From contig CAVDFD010000001.1 of NCBI GenBank assembly GCA_963608145.1, positions 2,304-66,303 of the forward strand: DNA of 64,000 nucleotides, in the 5' to 3' direction. The notes under the pieces were generated by a model. It saw nothing but the letters and a program-made list of their open reading frames with translations. It ran no database searches and had not been told where the DNA came from. Positions within the stretch are counted from its first letter, which is position 1, and each line of letters starts with the position of its first letter. The DNA is from Bacteroidaceae bacterium (GTDB lineage: Bacteria; Bacillota; Clostridia; Oscillospirales; Oscillospiraceae). The position numbers were made by a program, and so were the translations under genes. Below, one piece after another: positions 34,027 through 44,195 of this stretch.

Positions 34027-34914
34027 ATGATAAGCAAAACAGCCATGATAACGATATGTGGCCGCCCGAACGTCGGCAAATCAACGCTCACAAACGCCCT
34101 TGTCGGCGAGAAGATAGCGATAGTGTCCAATAAGCCGCAGACCACGCGCAACCGCATAAGCGCCGTGCTGAGCCGCGGAGATACGCAGTTTGTGGTGATC
34201 GACACACCGGGCTTTCATAAGCCGAGAACGCGCCTCGGAGATTACATGGTCAATGTCGTCAAGGAAAGCGTCGCCGATGTTGACGCAGTGATGCTGCTTG
34301 TAGAGCCCATCGCCAACATAGGCCGTCAGGAGGAAGAGCTCATAGCCCGCATAAAGGAGACGAAAGTTCCGGCGATACTTGTCATAAACAAGATAGATAC
34401 CGTCGAGAAAACTGAGCTTCTGGAGGTCATGGCAGCGTACTCGACTGCCCATGATTTTGATGCCATAATCCCCATGTCGGCAAAAAACGGAGAGGGGATA
34501 GACGAGCTTCTGACGGAGCTCGAAAAATACGCGCAGCCCGGCCCTCAGCTTTTCCCCGACGATATGATATGTGACCAGCCGGAAAAGCAGATCTGCGCAG
34601 AGCTTGTGCGCGAAAAGCTCCTTCTGTGCCTCGATAAGGAGATACCTCACGGAACGGCCGTCGAGGTAACGCGCTTTACCGAGCGCGATAACGGCATCAT
34701 AGACCTTGACGTGACCATCTACTGTGAAAAGGCCAGTCACAAGGGCATTATCATCGGAAAGCAGGGGGCAATGCTCAAGAAGATCGGCGAGCTTGCCCGA
34801 CGCGATATCGAGAACTTCATGGGAACGAAGGTTTTCCTCCAGACCTGGGTAAAGGTCAAGGAAAACTGGCGCGACAGCACGGCGCAGCTGCGAAACTTCG
34901 GCTTCACGGAATAA
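34027..34914 (+). CDS. era: GTPase Era
   Basis: G1 GRPNVGKST, G3 DTPG, G4 NKID and a C-terminal KH domain (IIIGKQGAMLKKIG). Confidence 0.96.
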   Translation: MISKTAMITICGRPNVGKSTLTNALVGEKIAIVSNKPQTTRNRISAVLSRGDTQFVVIDTPGFHKPRTRLGDYMVNVVKESVADVDAVMLLVEPIANIGRQEEELIARIKETKVPAILVINKIDTVEKTELLEVMAAYSTAHDFDAIIPMSAKNGEGIDELLTELEKYAQPGPQLFPDDMICDQPEKQICAELVREKLLLCLDKEIPHGTAVEVTRFTERDNGIIDLDVTIYCEKASHKGIIIGKQGAMLKKIGELARRDIENFMGTKVFLQTWVKVKENWRDSTAQLRNFGFTE

Positions 34915-34971
34915 TTACCACGAATACTCGCCTGATACCTGTCCGATACTGATCGTATCGGAGGTAGTCAT

Positions 34972-35103
34972 ATGAGCGACGATGTCCTGTGGCAGATATT
35001 TGCCGAGACCGGAGATCCGATGAGCTGGCTCATGTACAGAGCGTCGGAGAAACAGAAGCAGAAAAAAGTATCGGCGGAGGGCTCTCCTTCGCCGGAGGAC
35101 TGA
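34972..35103 (+). CDS. yqzL: YqzL-family small protein
   Basis: A 43-codon ORF not in the track. GGAGGT RBS at 34960-34965. MSDDVLWQIFAETGDPMSWLMYRA resembles the YqzL pattern (W.LF..TG....Y..Y). Same era-yqzL-recO position as in Bacillus subtilis. Confidence 0.6.
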   Translation: MSDDVLWQIFAETGDPMSWLMYRASEKQKQKKVSAEGSPSPED

Positions 35104-35113
35104 CAGATTACAT

Positions 35114-35857
35114 ATGTTTAAAACGACAAGAGGTCTCATACTGCGCGAGGTGCGGTACAAGGAGGCCGACAGGATACTCACAGTCCTGACGGAGGACATG
35201 GGCAAAATGACCGTCAAGGCTCGCGGAGCGCTGCGCAAAAACAGCAAGAACTCGGCTTCGACGCAGCTTCTGGTGTTCTCCGAGCTCACGCTGCTTGAAC
35301 GCAGCGGCTTCTGGTCTGTGAGCGAGGGCTCTACAATAGAGGAGTTCAAGGGGCTGCGCGGCGATATAAGCGCGCTGTCGCTGGCAAGCTATTTTGCCGA
35401 ATGCGTCGAGGCGCTTTCCGAGGAGGGAAACTCCGACCCGCTGCTTCTGCAGCTTATACTCAACTGCCTTTTTGCCCTGTCAAACGGCATGTACCCGCAG
35501 GAGCATATAAAAACCGCGTTTGAAATGCGCCTGATGGCGCTTGCCGGTTATGAGCCGAACCTCACCTCCTGCTGCGTGTGCGGCTCGTCAGAGCCTGCTT
35601 CTCCGCGCTTCAGCCCGCGCAACGGCGTTATCTGCTGCGGCGAGTGCAATAACGCGCAGGTGCAGGCAAATTACGAGCTGTGTCCGGCATCACTGCAGGC
35701 ACTCAGATATATAATTTACGCTCCGGCGCGAAAAATGCTTGCATTCACGCTCCCGGACGATGCGCTCCGGCGTGCGTCAAGGGCAGCCGAGACGTATCTG
35801 CTCACACAGACAGAAAGAAAATTTTCCACCCTCGATTATTGGAGACAGATAAAATAA
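35114..35857 (+). CDS. recO: DNA repair protein RecO
   Basis: N-terminal OB-fold MFKTTRGLILREVRYKEADRILTVLT and a zinc-finger region CCVCGS...CCGEC. Confidence 0.92.
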   Translation: MFKTTRGLILREVRYKEADRILTVLTEDMGKMTVKARGALRKNSKNSASTQLLVFSELTLLERSGFWSVSEGSTIEEFKGLRGDISALSLASYFAECVEALSEEGNSDPLLLQLILNCLFALSNGMYPQEHIKTAFEMRLMALAGYEPNLTSCCVCGSSEPASPRFSPRNGVICCGECNNAQVQANYELCPASLQALRYIIYAPARKMLAFTLPDDALRRASRAAETYLLTQTERKFSTLDYWRQIK

Positions 35858-38235
35858 TGGATTTCTACGAAAAATCACTGAAGATACTGGAGCTTCCCGC
35901 TGTGCTCGACATGCTCGCTGCGGAGGCGGTCACGGATGGAGGCAGGGAGGCCTGCATGAAGCTGCGCCCGAGCGCGGACAGGCTTGAGGTGAAAAGCCGC
36001 CTTGCCGAGACGAGCGCTGCAAAGGACATGATGGTCGTGCGCGGAAGTCCCTCGCTTTCGGGCGTTAAGGATATCCGCCCCTCGCTCAGCAGAGCGGATC
36101 TCGGCGGCAGCCTTAATACGATAGAGCTGCTGAACATTGCCCGCGTTTTGCAGTGCGCCCGCCTTGTCAAGGGCTATACCTCCGACGATAAGCTCGGCAA
36201 AAGCTGCATAGACCACCTGTTTGCGGCGCTTCACGCAAACCGTTTTCTCGAAGAAAAGATAACTGGCTCTATAGTGGGCGAGGACGAGATAGCGGACGCG
36301 GCATCGCCGGAGCTTGCAAATATCCGCCGCAAGATCCGCGCTGCCGGAGCGCGTGTGCGCGACTGCCTGCAAAAGATAATCTCCTCGCCGTCCTACGCCA
36401 AGGTCCTGCAGGAGCCCATCATAACCATGCGCTCGGATCGCTTCGTCGTTCCCGTAAAGGCCGAATGCAAGGGCGCGATACCCGGCCTTGTGCACGATAT
36501 CTCGGCCTCTGGCGCTACGCTTTTCATTGAGCCCATGGCTGCGGTCAAGGCCAATAACGAGCTGCGCGAGCTCACGGCAAAGGAGAAAACGGAGATAGAG
36601 CGCATCCTCGCGGAGCTTTCCGCCGACTGCGCGGCTCACGCCGAGGATATAGCCTCGGACTATTCCTATCTCATAACTCTCGACGGCATCTTTGCCCGCG
36701 CCAAGCTTTCGTATAAGCTCGGCGGCATAGAGCCGGAGCTGCGCGATAAGGGCGTTGTGCTGCGCCGTGCGCGGCATCCGCTGCTGCCGAAGGACAAGGC
36801 AGTGCCCATAAGCCTTGAGCTCGGCGAGGATTTTGACACGCTCATCATAACGGGTCCCAACACCGGCGGCAAGACCGTCACGCTCAAGACCATCGGACTT
36901 CTCAACGTCATGGCGCAGTGCGGCCTGCACATCCCTGCCGACGACGGCAGCGGCGTTCCCGTCTACGGGCATGTGCTTGCCGATATCGGCGATGAACAGT
37001 CTATAGAGCAGAACCTTTCCACCTTCTCGGCACACATGACGAACATCGTGCATATCCTGAAGGAGTGCGGCGATAATTCGCTCCTGCTGTTCGACGAGCT
37101 CGGCGCGGGCACAGACCCCACGGAGGGCGCGGCGCTTGCCATAGCCGTCATAGAGCATGCACGCAAAATGGGCGCGGACGTTGCGGCGACGACGCATTAT
37201 GCCGAGCTCAAGGTCTATGCAACGAACGAAAGCGGCATCCAGAACGCCTCCTGCGAGTTTGACGTTGAAACGCTCAGCCCGACCTACAGGCTGCTCGTCG
37301 GCGTTCCCGGCAAGTCCAACGCCTTTGCAATATCCGAACGGCTGGGACTTTCCAAGGACATAATCGACGACGCGAAGGCGCGCATAGGCGTTCAGAACGC
37401 AAGCTTTGAGGCAACGATAGAAAAGCTTGAGCAGACAAGGGCGCTGCTTGAACGCGACAGAGCTGAAACGGCAAAAAAGCTGCGTGAGGCGGAGGAAAAT
37501 GCGAAAAAAGCGGCGTTTCTGCGCGCCGAGCTATCCGTGCGGCTCGAAAAGGCCGATGAGAAGGCCCGACGCGAGGCAGAGCGCATAATCGCCGAAGCCC
37601 GCGAGACGGCGGAGAGCACCTTTGCCGAGCTTGACGATATGCGGCGGAAGATAAACGAGGATGAGCAGGCTCAGGAGGTAAACCGCGCCCGCAGCGAGCT
37701 CCGGCGCAGGCTCAACGAGCAGCAGGGAAAGCTCAAGGCCAAGGAGCCGGAAAAGCCCAAGGAGGACAAAAAGTCTGCGCGTGAGATCAGAGCGGGCGAC
37801 ACGGTCGAGATAAAGTCGATGGGCGTAAAGGCCGAGGTCGTAGATATAAACCCCGACGGAACGCTCGACCTCCGCGCCGGTATTATGAGCGTAAAGCTCA
37901 AGCCCGAGGACGTATATCTCATAGAAGGCCACGCGGCAAAGCAGAAAAAGCAGAGCGTGACCATCGCAGGCAGCACTGCGCCGCGAGCCGCCGTGAGCCC
38001 CGAGATAGACCTGCGCGGCATGGAGAGCATCGAAGCCGTAAATGCCGCCGAGCAGTATATCGACAGCGCCGTTATGGGAAAGCTCAAAACCGTGACAATA
38101 ATACACGGCAAGGGCACAGGCGCACTTCGCGCCGCCGTCCAGCAGATGCTCAAGCGCAACAAAGCCGTGAAAAGTTTCAGATTGGGTCGTTTCGGCGAGG
38201 GCGAAAGCGGCGTGACAATAGTCGAATTGAAATAA
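35857..38235 (+). CDS. mutS2: endonuclease MutS2
   Basis: Start MDFYEKSLKILE (TAATG overlap with recO). Walker A GPNTGGKT. C-terminal Smr domain (IDLRGM ... IIHGKGTGALR). Confidence 0.93.
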   Translation: MDFYEKSLKILELPAVLDMLAAEAVTDGGREACMKLRPSADRLEVKSRLAETSAAKDMMVVRGSPSLSGVKDIRPSLSRADLGGSLNTIELLNIARVLQCARLVKGYTSDDKLGKSCIDHLFAALHANRFLEEKITGSIVGEDEIADAASPELANIRRKIRAAGARVRDCLQKIISSPSYAKVLQEPIITMRSDRFVVPVKAECKGAIPGLVHDISASGATLFIEPMAAVKANNELRELTAKEKTEIERILAELSADCAAHAEDIASDYSYLITLDGIFARAKLSYKLGGIEPELRDKGVVLRRARHPLLPKDKAVPISLELGEDFDTLIITGPNTGGKTVTLKTIGLLNVMAQCGLHIPADDGSGVPVYGHVLADIGDEQSIEQNLSTFSAHMTNIVHILKECGDNSLLLFDELGAGTDPTEGAALAIAVIEHARKMGADVAATTHYAELKVYATNESGIQNASCEFDVETLSPTYRLLVGVPGKSNAFAISERLGLSKDIIDDAKARIGVQNASFEATIEKLEQTRALLERDRAETAKKLREAEENAKKAAFLRAELSVRLEKADEKARREAERIIAEARETAESTFAELDDMRRKINEDEQAQEVNRARSELRRRLNEQQGKLKAKEPEKPKEDKKSAREIRAGDTVEIKSMGVKAEVVDINPDGTLDLRAGIMSVKLKPEDVYLIEGHAAKQKKQSVTIAGSTAPRAAVSPEIDLRGMESIEAVNAAEQYIDSAVMGKLKTVTIIHGKGTGALRAAVQQMLKRNKAVKSFRLGRFGEGESGVTIVELK

Positions 38236-38291
38236 AAGCAATCGAGAAAATTTATTAATAATGTGTAAATCTACGAAATAGACAAAAGCAG

Positions 38292-38320
38292 TTGACCTTT
38301 TTTAAATAATTTGCTAAAGT
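38292..38320 (+). promoter_or_regulatory. sigma-A type promoter upstream of ptsH
   Basis: TTGACC (38292-38297), a 17-nt spacer ending in TGC, then TAAAGT (38315-38320). Confidence 0.45.
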
Positions 38321-38374
38321 ATGAGTAATCTTTTGTGATAAGGTAATCTTTTTGTGTCAAGAGGAGTGGCGAGA

Positions 38375-38638
38375 ATGGTAACCAAAGAAGTAGTTATTAA
38401 TAATCAGGTGGGACTCCACGCAAGACCTGCTACTTTCTTCATTCAGAAGGCTAATGAATTTAAAAGCAGCATCTGGATCGAGAAAGAGGACAGACGCGTT
38501 AATGCCAAGAGCCTGCTCGGCGTTCTCTCTTTGGGCATCGTCAAGGGCACTGCCGTGAACCTTATTGCCGACGGTGCTGACGAGGCAACTGCTGTCGATA
38601 CGCTTTCCGAGCTTATCGCATCTGACTTTACCGAGTGA
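38375..38638 (+). CDS. ptsH: phosphocarrier protein HPr
   Basis: His15 motif GLHARPA and Ser46 motif NAKSLLGVLSLG. ATG 38375 chosen. Confidence 0.92.
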   Translation: MVTKEVVINNQVGLHARPATFFIQKANEFKSSIWIEKEDRRVNAKSLLGVLSLGIVKGTAVNLIADGADEATAVDTLSELIASDFTE

Positions 38639-38665
38639 TATTAAAAAAGCTAAAAGAACGAAGCC

Positions 38666-38690
38666 AAGGGCGTGTTGAAAACACGCCCTT
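38666..38690 (+). terminator. hairpin after ptsH (terminator-like, weak T tail)
   Basis: AAGGGCGTGT (38666-38675) pairs with ACACGCCCTT (38681-38690). The downstream T-run is poor. Confidence 0.4.
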
Positions 38691-38717
38691 GTTCGCTATG
38701 CAAGGATAGATGCTGAC

Positions 38718-39584
38718 ATGAAAAAAGAAAACAGAGCCATACTTGAAATGCTCATATGCGCATCGCTGTGGAGTATTGCGGGCATATTTATAAAGCTTAT
38801 ACCGTGGAACTCCTTTGTCATATCCGCACTCAGAAGCTTTTTCGCGGGGCTGACGGTGCTTGCATACATAAAGCTCAGGGGCTATAAAATAATAATCAAC
38901 CGTCATACGCTTATCCCGGGCGTACTGCTGGGCATAGTGTATATCGCATTCGTCGCGGCAAACAAGCTCACCACCGCCGCAAATGCCATAGTCCTGCAAT
39001 TTACCGACACGATATTCATAGTCATTTTCTCGGCGCTGTTTTTCGGCCAGCGCTTTAAAAAGCGTGACTTCATAGCCGTTGCGTGTACCTTCGTCGGTAT
39101 AGCCATGTTCTTTCTCGACCAGCTCTCCGACGGATACCTGCTCGGCAATTTTGTGGCCATCTTTGCCGGAGCCTGTCTCGGCGGAATGTTTATCACCATG
39201 GGCAAGGCAGAGCCGCCGGAGCGCTTTTCGGCGATGCTGATAGGCCAGATATTTGCCTTCCTGTTCGGACTGCCGTTTATCATAACGACAAAGCCGGAGT
39301 TTTCCGCGCTGCCGGTGCTGTATATAATCATCCTCGGCGTTTTGCAGCTTGGCATACCGTATATACTTTACGGCAGGGCGGCAGAGCACTGCCCGCCGCT
39401 TGCGTGCAGTCTCCTCGGCGCGGTAGAGCCGCTTTTAAACCCCGTGTGGGTGCTCATATTCGACGGTGAAAAGCCCGGCATTTTTGCATTTATAGGCGGA
39501 ATTATAGTTATCGTCTCCGTAACGGCATGGTGTATTGCCGGAAGCAGGGACAGTGAGAAAACAGATGAGAGAGAAGCTGCTTGA
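38718..39584 (+). CDS. EamA/DMT-family transporter
   Basis: 288 aa with about 10 TM helices and a two-EamA-repeat layout. Confidence 0.85.
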   Translation: MKKENRAILEMLICASLWSIAGIFIKLIPWNSFVISALRSFFAGLTVLAYIKLRGYKIIINRHTLIPGVLLGIVYIAFVAANKLTTAANAIVLQFTDTIFIVIFSALFFGQRFKKRDFIAVACTFVGIAMFFLDQLSDGYLLGNFVAIFAGACLGGMFITMGKAEPPERFSAMLIGQIFAFLFGLPFIITTKPEFSALPVLYIIILGVLQLGIPYILYGRAAEHCPPLACSLLGAVEPLLNPVWVLIFDGEKPGIFAFIGGIIVIVSVTAWCIAGSRDSEKTDEREAA

Positions 39585-41379
39585 AAAGGCCAATAAGCTG
39601 CCGCTGCTGCCTGGAGTGTATATCATGCTCGACGCAGCCGGACAGGTCATATATGTAGGCAAGGCAAAAAAGCTCAAAAACCGTGTGACGAGCTATTTTC
39701 GCGGCTCGCACCTGCCGAAGGTCGAGGCAATGGTTCAGAAGGTCGCGGACTTCAACGTCATCGTCGTCAATTCCGAGTTCGAGTCGCTGATCCTTGAAAA
39801 CTCGCTTATAAAGCAGCATCAGCCGCATTATAATATTCTTTTAAAGGACGACAAGGGCTATCCCTTTATCAGACTCGACAGGAAAGCGCCGTATCCGCGC
39901 TTTACGATCACCGGCAGCGCGAAAAAGGACGGAGCCGTGTACTTCGGCCCCTTCGGAGGCCGGAGCGTGACGCACGATATTATAGATGCCGCATCCAAGG
40001 CGGTCGGGCTTGCGACCTGCTCAAAGCGCTTTCCGCGAGATATCGGCAGGGACAGACCCTGCCTGAACTACCACATGGGCAACTGCCGCGGCTGGTGCAG
40101 GGGAGAGCTGACGCAGGAGGAGTACCGCCTTGCCGTCGAGCAGGCCTGTCTCATATTGGACGGCAAGACCTCTGAGCTCATCGAGGAGCTGACAGCGAAA
40201 ATGCTGGAGGATTCCGAGCAGCTGCGCTTTGAAGCGGCAGCGGAGAAGCGCGACAGGATAAAAGCGATACAAAGCGTTTCCAATAAGCAGAAGGTCATAG
40301 CCACGGCCTTTTCCGATACCGATGCGATCGGCTTTTCCCGCGGAGCAAAAAGCTGCTTTGTCGTTCTGCATTTTAACGACGGCTCGCTGACCGGCAAGGA
40401 CTTCGAGCTTGTCCCCGAACCTCTTGAGAGCGACTGCGAGGCGGTGTCGGCCTATATACGCCAGTATTACGTTCTGCGCGGCACTATGCCGAAGAATATC
40501 CTCCTGCGCGAAATGCCGGAGGATGCAGAAGCTCTGGAACAGCTGCTCACGCAGCTTTCAGGGCACAGGGTCGGCATAGAGGCTCCGCAAAGAGGCGACA
40601 GGCTGCGCCTTGTCGAGCGTGCCGAGCTGAATGCATCCGAGGAGATACTGCGCGCCACCACCGCGCAGCAGCGGCGCAGGAATACGCTGCTGTGGCTTCA
40701 GAAATCGCTGGAGCTGCCCGAGTACCCCGAGCGCATCGAGGCCTTTGACGTGTCGAACCTCGGCGATACGGGTATCGTGGCTGCAATGACGGTGCACCGC
40801 GACGGTAAGCCGTATAAAAAGGACTACCGCAAATTCAGGATACGCGAGCTTGATATACGCGATGATTATGCGAGCATGTCGCAGGCGGTCTACCGCCGCT
40901 TTGCACATCTTAAAAACGGCGACGGAGGCTTTTCGGAAAAGCCGCAGCTGCTGCTCATTGACGGCGGCATAACTCACGCGGCTGCGGCAGAGAAAGCGCT
41001 CGGAGAGCTCGGCATAAGCGTGCCGGTGTTCGGCATGGTAAAGGACGACAGGCACAGAACGCGGGCTCTGGTCACGAGCGCGGGTCACGAGATCTGCATA
41101 AACGGAAGCCCCGCGGCCTTTGCGCTTATCGGCAATATACAGGAGGAAACGCACCGCTTTGCCATCGAGTATCAGCGCTCGCTGCGAAACGAGAGCTTCG
41201 GCTCGGAGCTCAGCGCCATCCAGGGAGTGGGCAGCGTCAGGAAAAACGAGCTGCTGCGCCGTTTCAAAACGCTCAAGGCGATAAAGGCCGCGAGCATGGA
41301 CGAGCTGTGCGCCGCCGTTCCGAAAAACACGGCGAAGGCGGTTTATGAATACTATCATAAGGACGAGGATAAGACATGA
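39565..41379 (+). CDS. uvrC: excinuclease ABC subunit C
   Basis: GIY-YIG motif GVYIMLDAAGQVIYVGKAKKLKNRV, a UVR domain, and C-terminal endonuclease and HhH regions. Confidence 0.95.
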   Translation: MREKLLEKANKLPLLPGVYIMLDAAGQVIYVGKAKKLKNRVTSYFRGSHLPKVEAMVQKVADFNVIVVNSEFESLILENSLIKQHQPHYNILLKDDKGYPFIRLDRKAPYPRFTITGSAKKDGAVYFGPFGGRSVTHDIIDAASKAVGLATCSKRFPRDIGRDRPCLNYHMGNCRGWCRGELTQEEYRLAVEQACLILDGKTSELIEELTAKMLEDSEQLRFEAAAEKRDRIKAIQSVSNKQKVIATAFSDTDAIGFSRGAKSCFVVLHFNDGSLTGKDFELVPEPLESDCEAVSAYIRQYYVLRGTMPKNILLREMPEDAEALEQLLTQLSGHRVGIEAPQRGDRLRLVERAELNASEEILRATTAQQRRRNTLLWLQKSLELPEYPERIEAFDVSNLGDTGIVAAMTVHRDGKPYKKDYRKFRIRELDIRDDYASMSQAVYRRFAHLKNGDGGFSEKPQLLLIDGGITHAAAAEKALGELGISVPVFGMVKDDRHRTRALVTSAGHEICINGSPAAFALIGNIQEETHRFAIEYQRSLRNESFGSELSAIQGVGSVRKNELLRRFKTLKAIKAASMDELCAAVPKNTAKAVYEYYHKDEDKT

Positions 41380-41918
41380 GAATAATAAGCGGAACAAAGC
41401 GAGGCAAAAAGCTCAGGGAGCCGGATAATTACGATATACGCCCCACGACCGACATGGTCAAGGAGTCGATGTTCAACATCATCCAGTTTGACATTGAGGG
41501 CAGACGGGTGCTCGACCTCTTTGCCGGAACAGGACAGCTCGGCCTTGAATGCCTCAGCCGCGGCGCAGGGGAGGTCACCTTCGTCGATCAGAGCAGGGAG
41601 GCCATAGCCATTGTCAAGCAGAATATCAAAAGCTGCGGCTTTGAAGCGCGAGTCGTTCAGAGCGACTCGATAGCCTTTCTCGAACGCGGCGCAAAGTTCG
41701 ACCTTATCCTGCTCGACCCCCCATATGCGACAAATCTTATAGATAAAGCGCTGCAAATTATCAATTCCGTTGACATCTTGACGGAAAGTGGTATAATTGT
41801 GTGCGAAAGTGGGCGCGAAAAGCCCATGCCGGAGATGAATATGCCCTACTTTAAGTGTAAGGAGTACAACTACGGCAAAGTTAAACTTACTACCTACAGC
41901 AGGGAGACAAATAAATGA
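41376..41918 (+). CDS. rsmD: 16S rRNA (guanine966-N2)-methyltransferase
   Basis: MRIISGTKRGKKL start, SAM motif LDLFAGTGQLGLE and DPPY. Confidence 0.9.
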   Translation: MRIISGTKRGKKLREPDNYDIRPTTDMVKESMFNIIQFDIEGRRVLDLFAGTGQLGLECLSRGAGEVTFVDQSREAIAIVKQNIKSCGFEARVVQSDSIAFLERGAKFDLILLDPPYATNLIDKALQIINSVDILTESGIIVCESGREKPMPEMNMPYFKCKEYNYGKVKLTTYSRETNK

Positions 41919-42406
41919 GCATAGCCATATGTCCCGGCAGCTTTGACCCCATAACCCTCGGCCACCTTGATATCATCAGGCGCACGGCACAGATATTTGA
42001 CAAGGTCATAGTGTGCATAATGTTCAATTCAACGAAAACAAAGCCGATGTTCACGGTCGATGAGCGCATCGAGATGGTGAAAAAGGTAGTCGGTGATATC
42101 CCGAACGTCGAGGTCGATACCTCAGACGGCCTGCTTGCAGAATATGCAAAGCAGTTTGAGGGCGCGGTGCTGGTCAAGGGAATGAGGGCGACCTCTGATT
42201 TTGAATACGAATTTCAGATGAACCTCATCAATAAGAAAATAAACCCCGCGCTTGAAACGATGTTTCTTGCGGCAAGTGAAAAATATACTTTCCTGAGCTC
42301 TTCCGTCGTGCGCGAAATGGCATCCTACGGTGCAGATCTCTCGGGCTTCGTTCCGTGCGTGCTGAAGGAAGAGATAGCGGAAAAGGCTAAGTTATGGAGG
42401 CGTTAA
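41915..42406 (+). CDS. coaD: pantetheine-phosphate adenylyltransferase
   Basis: CPGSFDPITLGHLDII (T/HxGH motif). 163 aa. Confidence 0.95.
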   Translation: MSIAICPGSFDPITLGHLDIIRRTAQIFDKVIVCIMFNSTKTKPMFTVDERIEMVKKVVGDIPNVEVDTSDGLLAEYAKQFEGAVLVKGMRATSDFEYEFQMNLINKKINPALETMFLAASEKYTFLSSSVVREMASYGADLSGFVPCVLKEEIAEKAKLWRR

Positions 42407-42407
42407 T

Positions 42408-42917
42408 ATGAGCGAAAAAAATGTTGAGGTAATGGAGCTTATCGAAACTCTGTACAGCATGGTGACCGAGGCATGGGGCGTTCCGCTCGGAAACGATAAG
42501 TGCATTGTAGAGCGGGAAAATGTTCTTGAGATACTCAATGAGATAAAAACGCGCATACCCGTGGAGCTTGCCGAGGCAAAGCGCCTTGTTTCCGCACGAG
42601 ACGAGTTTATCGGCAACGCAAAGCGCGAGGCAGAGTCGATACGCAAGAACGCCGAGGATAAGGCACGCGCCATGCTCGAGGAGCAGGAGATAGTGCGCGT
42701 TGCAAAGCAGCACAGCACGGAGCTGGTCAATAACGCCGAGTATAAATCCAAGGAGCTGCGCCGTGTAGCAAACGAGTATGTCGATGAGATACTCCGACGC
42801 ACGGAGGAGACCGTCGGTGCTGCGCTCAAGAGCATAAACCAGTCCCGAGCAAGCTTCCGCAGTCTTGCAGGCTCCGCGGCTCCCGCGCAGCCTGTCAGTC
42901 AGGACGATGAGGAATAA
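42408..42917 (+). CDS. hypothetical coiled-coil protein
   Basis: 169 aa, charged heptad-like sequence (AEAKRLVSARDEFIGNAKREAESIRKNAEDKARAMLEE). Translationally adjacent to coaD. No confident family assignment. Confidence 0.6.
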   Translation: MSEKNVEVMELIETLYSMVTEAWGVPLGNDKCIVERENVLEILNEIKTRIPVELAEAKRLVSARDEFIGNAKREAESIRKNAEDKARAMLEEQEIVRVAKQHSTELVNNAEYKSKELRRVANEYVDEILRRTEETVGAALKSINQSRASFRSLAGSAAPAQPVSQDDEE

Positions 42918-42936
42918 TAAGCAAGCTTAAAAACCT

Positions 42937-42962
42937 GCCCCTGTCCGGCATCGGACAGGGGC
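42937..42962 (+). terminator. GC-rich hairpin after the coaD operon (terminator-like)
   Basis: GCCCCTGTCCG (42937-42947) pairs with CGGACAGGGGC (42952-42962). Weak T tail. Confidence 0.45.
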
Positions 42963-43035
42963 GTTCTATGTCTCGTTCTATGCCCTTTTTATAAGAAAAA
43001 TTCAAAAACCGGACTGATTTTTGTGTAAAAAATTC

Positions 43036-43064
43036 TTGACTGATTTTGTGTAATATGCTACAAT
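43036..43064 (+). promoter_or_regulatory. sigma-A type promoter of the str operon
   Basis: TTGACT (43036-43041), a 17-nt spacer ending in TGC, then TACAAT (43059-43064). Confidence 0.6.
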
Positions 43065-43157
43065 TTCAGTCTGTGTGGGTTAACTGCGCCCAAAAGTGCG
43101 CGATCCATGCAAAAACCTTGAAATTCAAGGAATTTTTCAAGAAAGGAGAAATGAAAA

Positions 43158-43580
43158 TTGCCTACGTTTAACCAGCTGGTGAGAAAAGGCAGAGAGAAGT
43201 CTACCTACAAGTCCAACTCTCCCGCAATGCAGAAGGGTCTCAACACCCTGAAAAATTGCGAGACCGACCTGAGCTCTCCTCAGAAGAGAGGCGTCTGCAC
43301 CGCAGTTCGTACCTCGACCCCCAAGAAGCCTAACTCCGCACTGCGTAAGATCGCTCGTGTGCGTCTGACCAACGGTTACGAAGTCACCGCTTACATTCCC
43401 GGTGTCGGCCACAACCTTCAGGAGCATAGCGTTGTTATGATCCGCGGCGGCCGTGTCAAGGACCTCCCCGGTGTTCGTTACCACATCATTCGCGGCACCC
43501 TCGACGCTCAGGGCGTCACGGGTCGTATGCAGGCTCGCTCCAAGTACGGCGCGAAGAGACCCAAGGCTGCAAAGAAGTAA
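43158..43580 (+). CDS. rpsL: 30S ribosomal protein S12
   Basis: [14 protein letters not shown] ... [13 protein letters not shown] start after a GGAG RBS. Confidence 0.97.
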   Translation: MPTFNQLVRKGREKSTYKSNSPAMQKGLNTLKNCETDLSSPQKRGVCTAVRTSTPKKPNSALRKIARVRLTNGYEVTAYIPGVGHNLQEHSVVMIRGGRVKDLPGVRYHIIRGTLDAQGVTGRMQARSKYGAKRPKAAKK

Positions 43581-43706
43581 TTTCCAACAAGCAAATTTTT
43601 GCCCTGTTGTCTACTATATAATATTAGACCTCGGGGCGCAGACGGAACGGCTCAGTTCCGTTCCGAGTACCTGTGAAGTCATTTTTTAATGAAGGAGGGA
43701 AGCACA

Positions 43707-44177
43707 GTGCCCAGAAGAGGTAATGTTCCCAAAAGAGAAATTTTACCCGATCCTATGTACAATAGTGTTCTGGTGACCAAGCTCATCAACGCTATTATGC
43801 TGGACGGCAAGAAGGGTGTTGCTCAGAAGGTCGTTTACGACGCTTTTGACATCATCAAGGAGAAGACCGGCAAGGATCCCCTTGAAGCCTTCACCGAAGC
43901 AATGAACAACATCATGCCCAGCCTCGAAGTCAAGGCTCGCCGTGTCGGCGGTGCAACTTATCAGGTTCCTATCGAAGTAAGACCTGCACGCCGTCAGACT
44001 CTCGGCCTTCGCTGGCTGGTCGGCTACGCCCGCAAGCGCGGCGAAAAGACCATGAAGGAGCGTCTCGCAGGCGAGATCATGGATGCCTGCAACAACCTCG
44101 GCGCATCTGTCAAGAAGCGCGAGGATACCCACAAGATGGCAGACTCCAACAAGGCCTTCGCACACTTCAGATGGTAA
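43707..44177 (+). CDS. rpsG: 30S ribosomal protein S7
   Basis: [22 protein letters not shown] 43707 follows a GGAGGG RBS; the track start 43689 is upstream of the RBS. Confidence 0.95.
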   Translation: MPRRGNVPKREILPDPMYNSVLVTKLINAIMLDGKKGVAQKVVYDAFDIIKEKTGKDPLEAFTEAMNNIMPSLEVKARRVGGATYQVPIEVRPARRQTLGLRWLVGYARKRGEKTMKERLAGEIMDACNNLGASVKKREDTHKMADSNKAFAHFRW

Positions 44178-44195
44178 TCCTATCAGGAGAAGATT

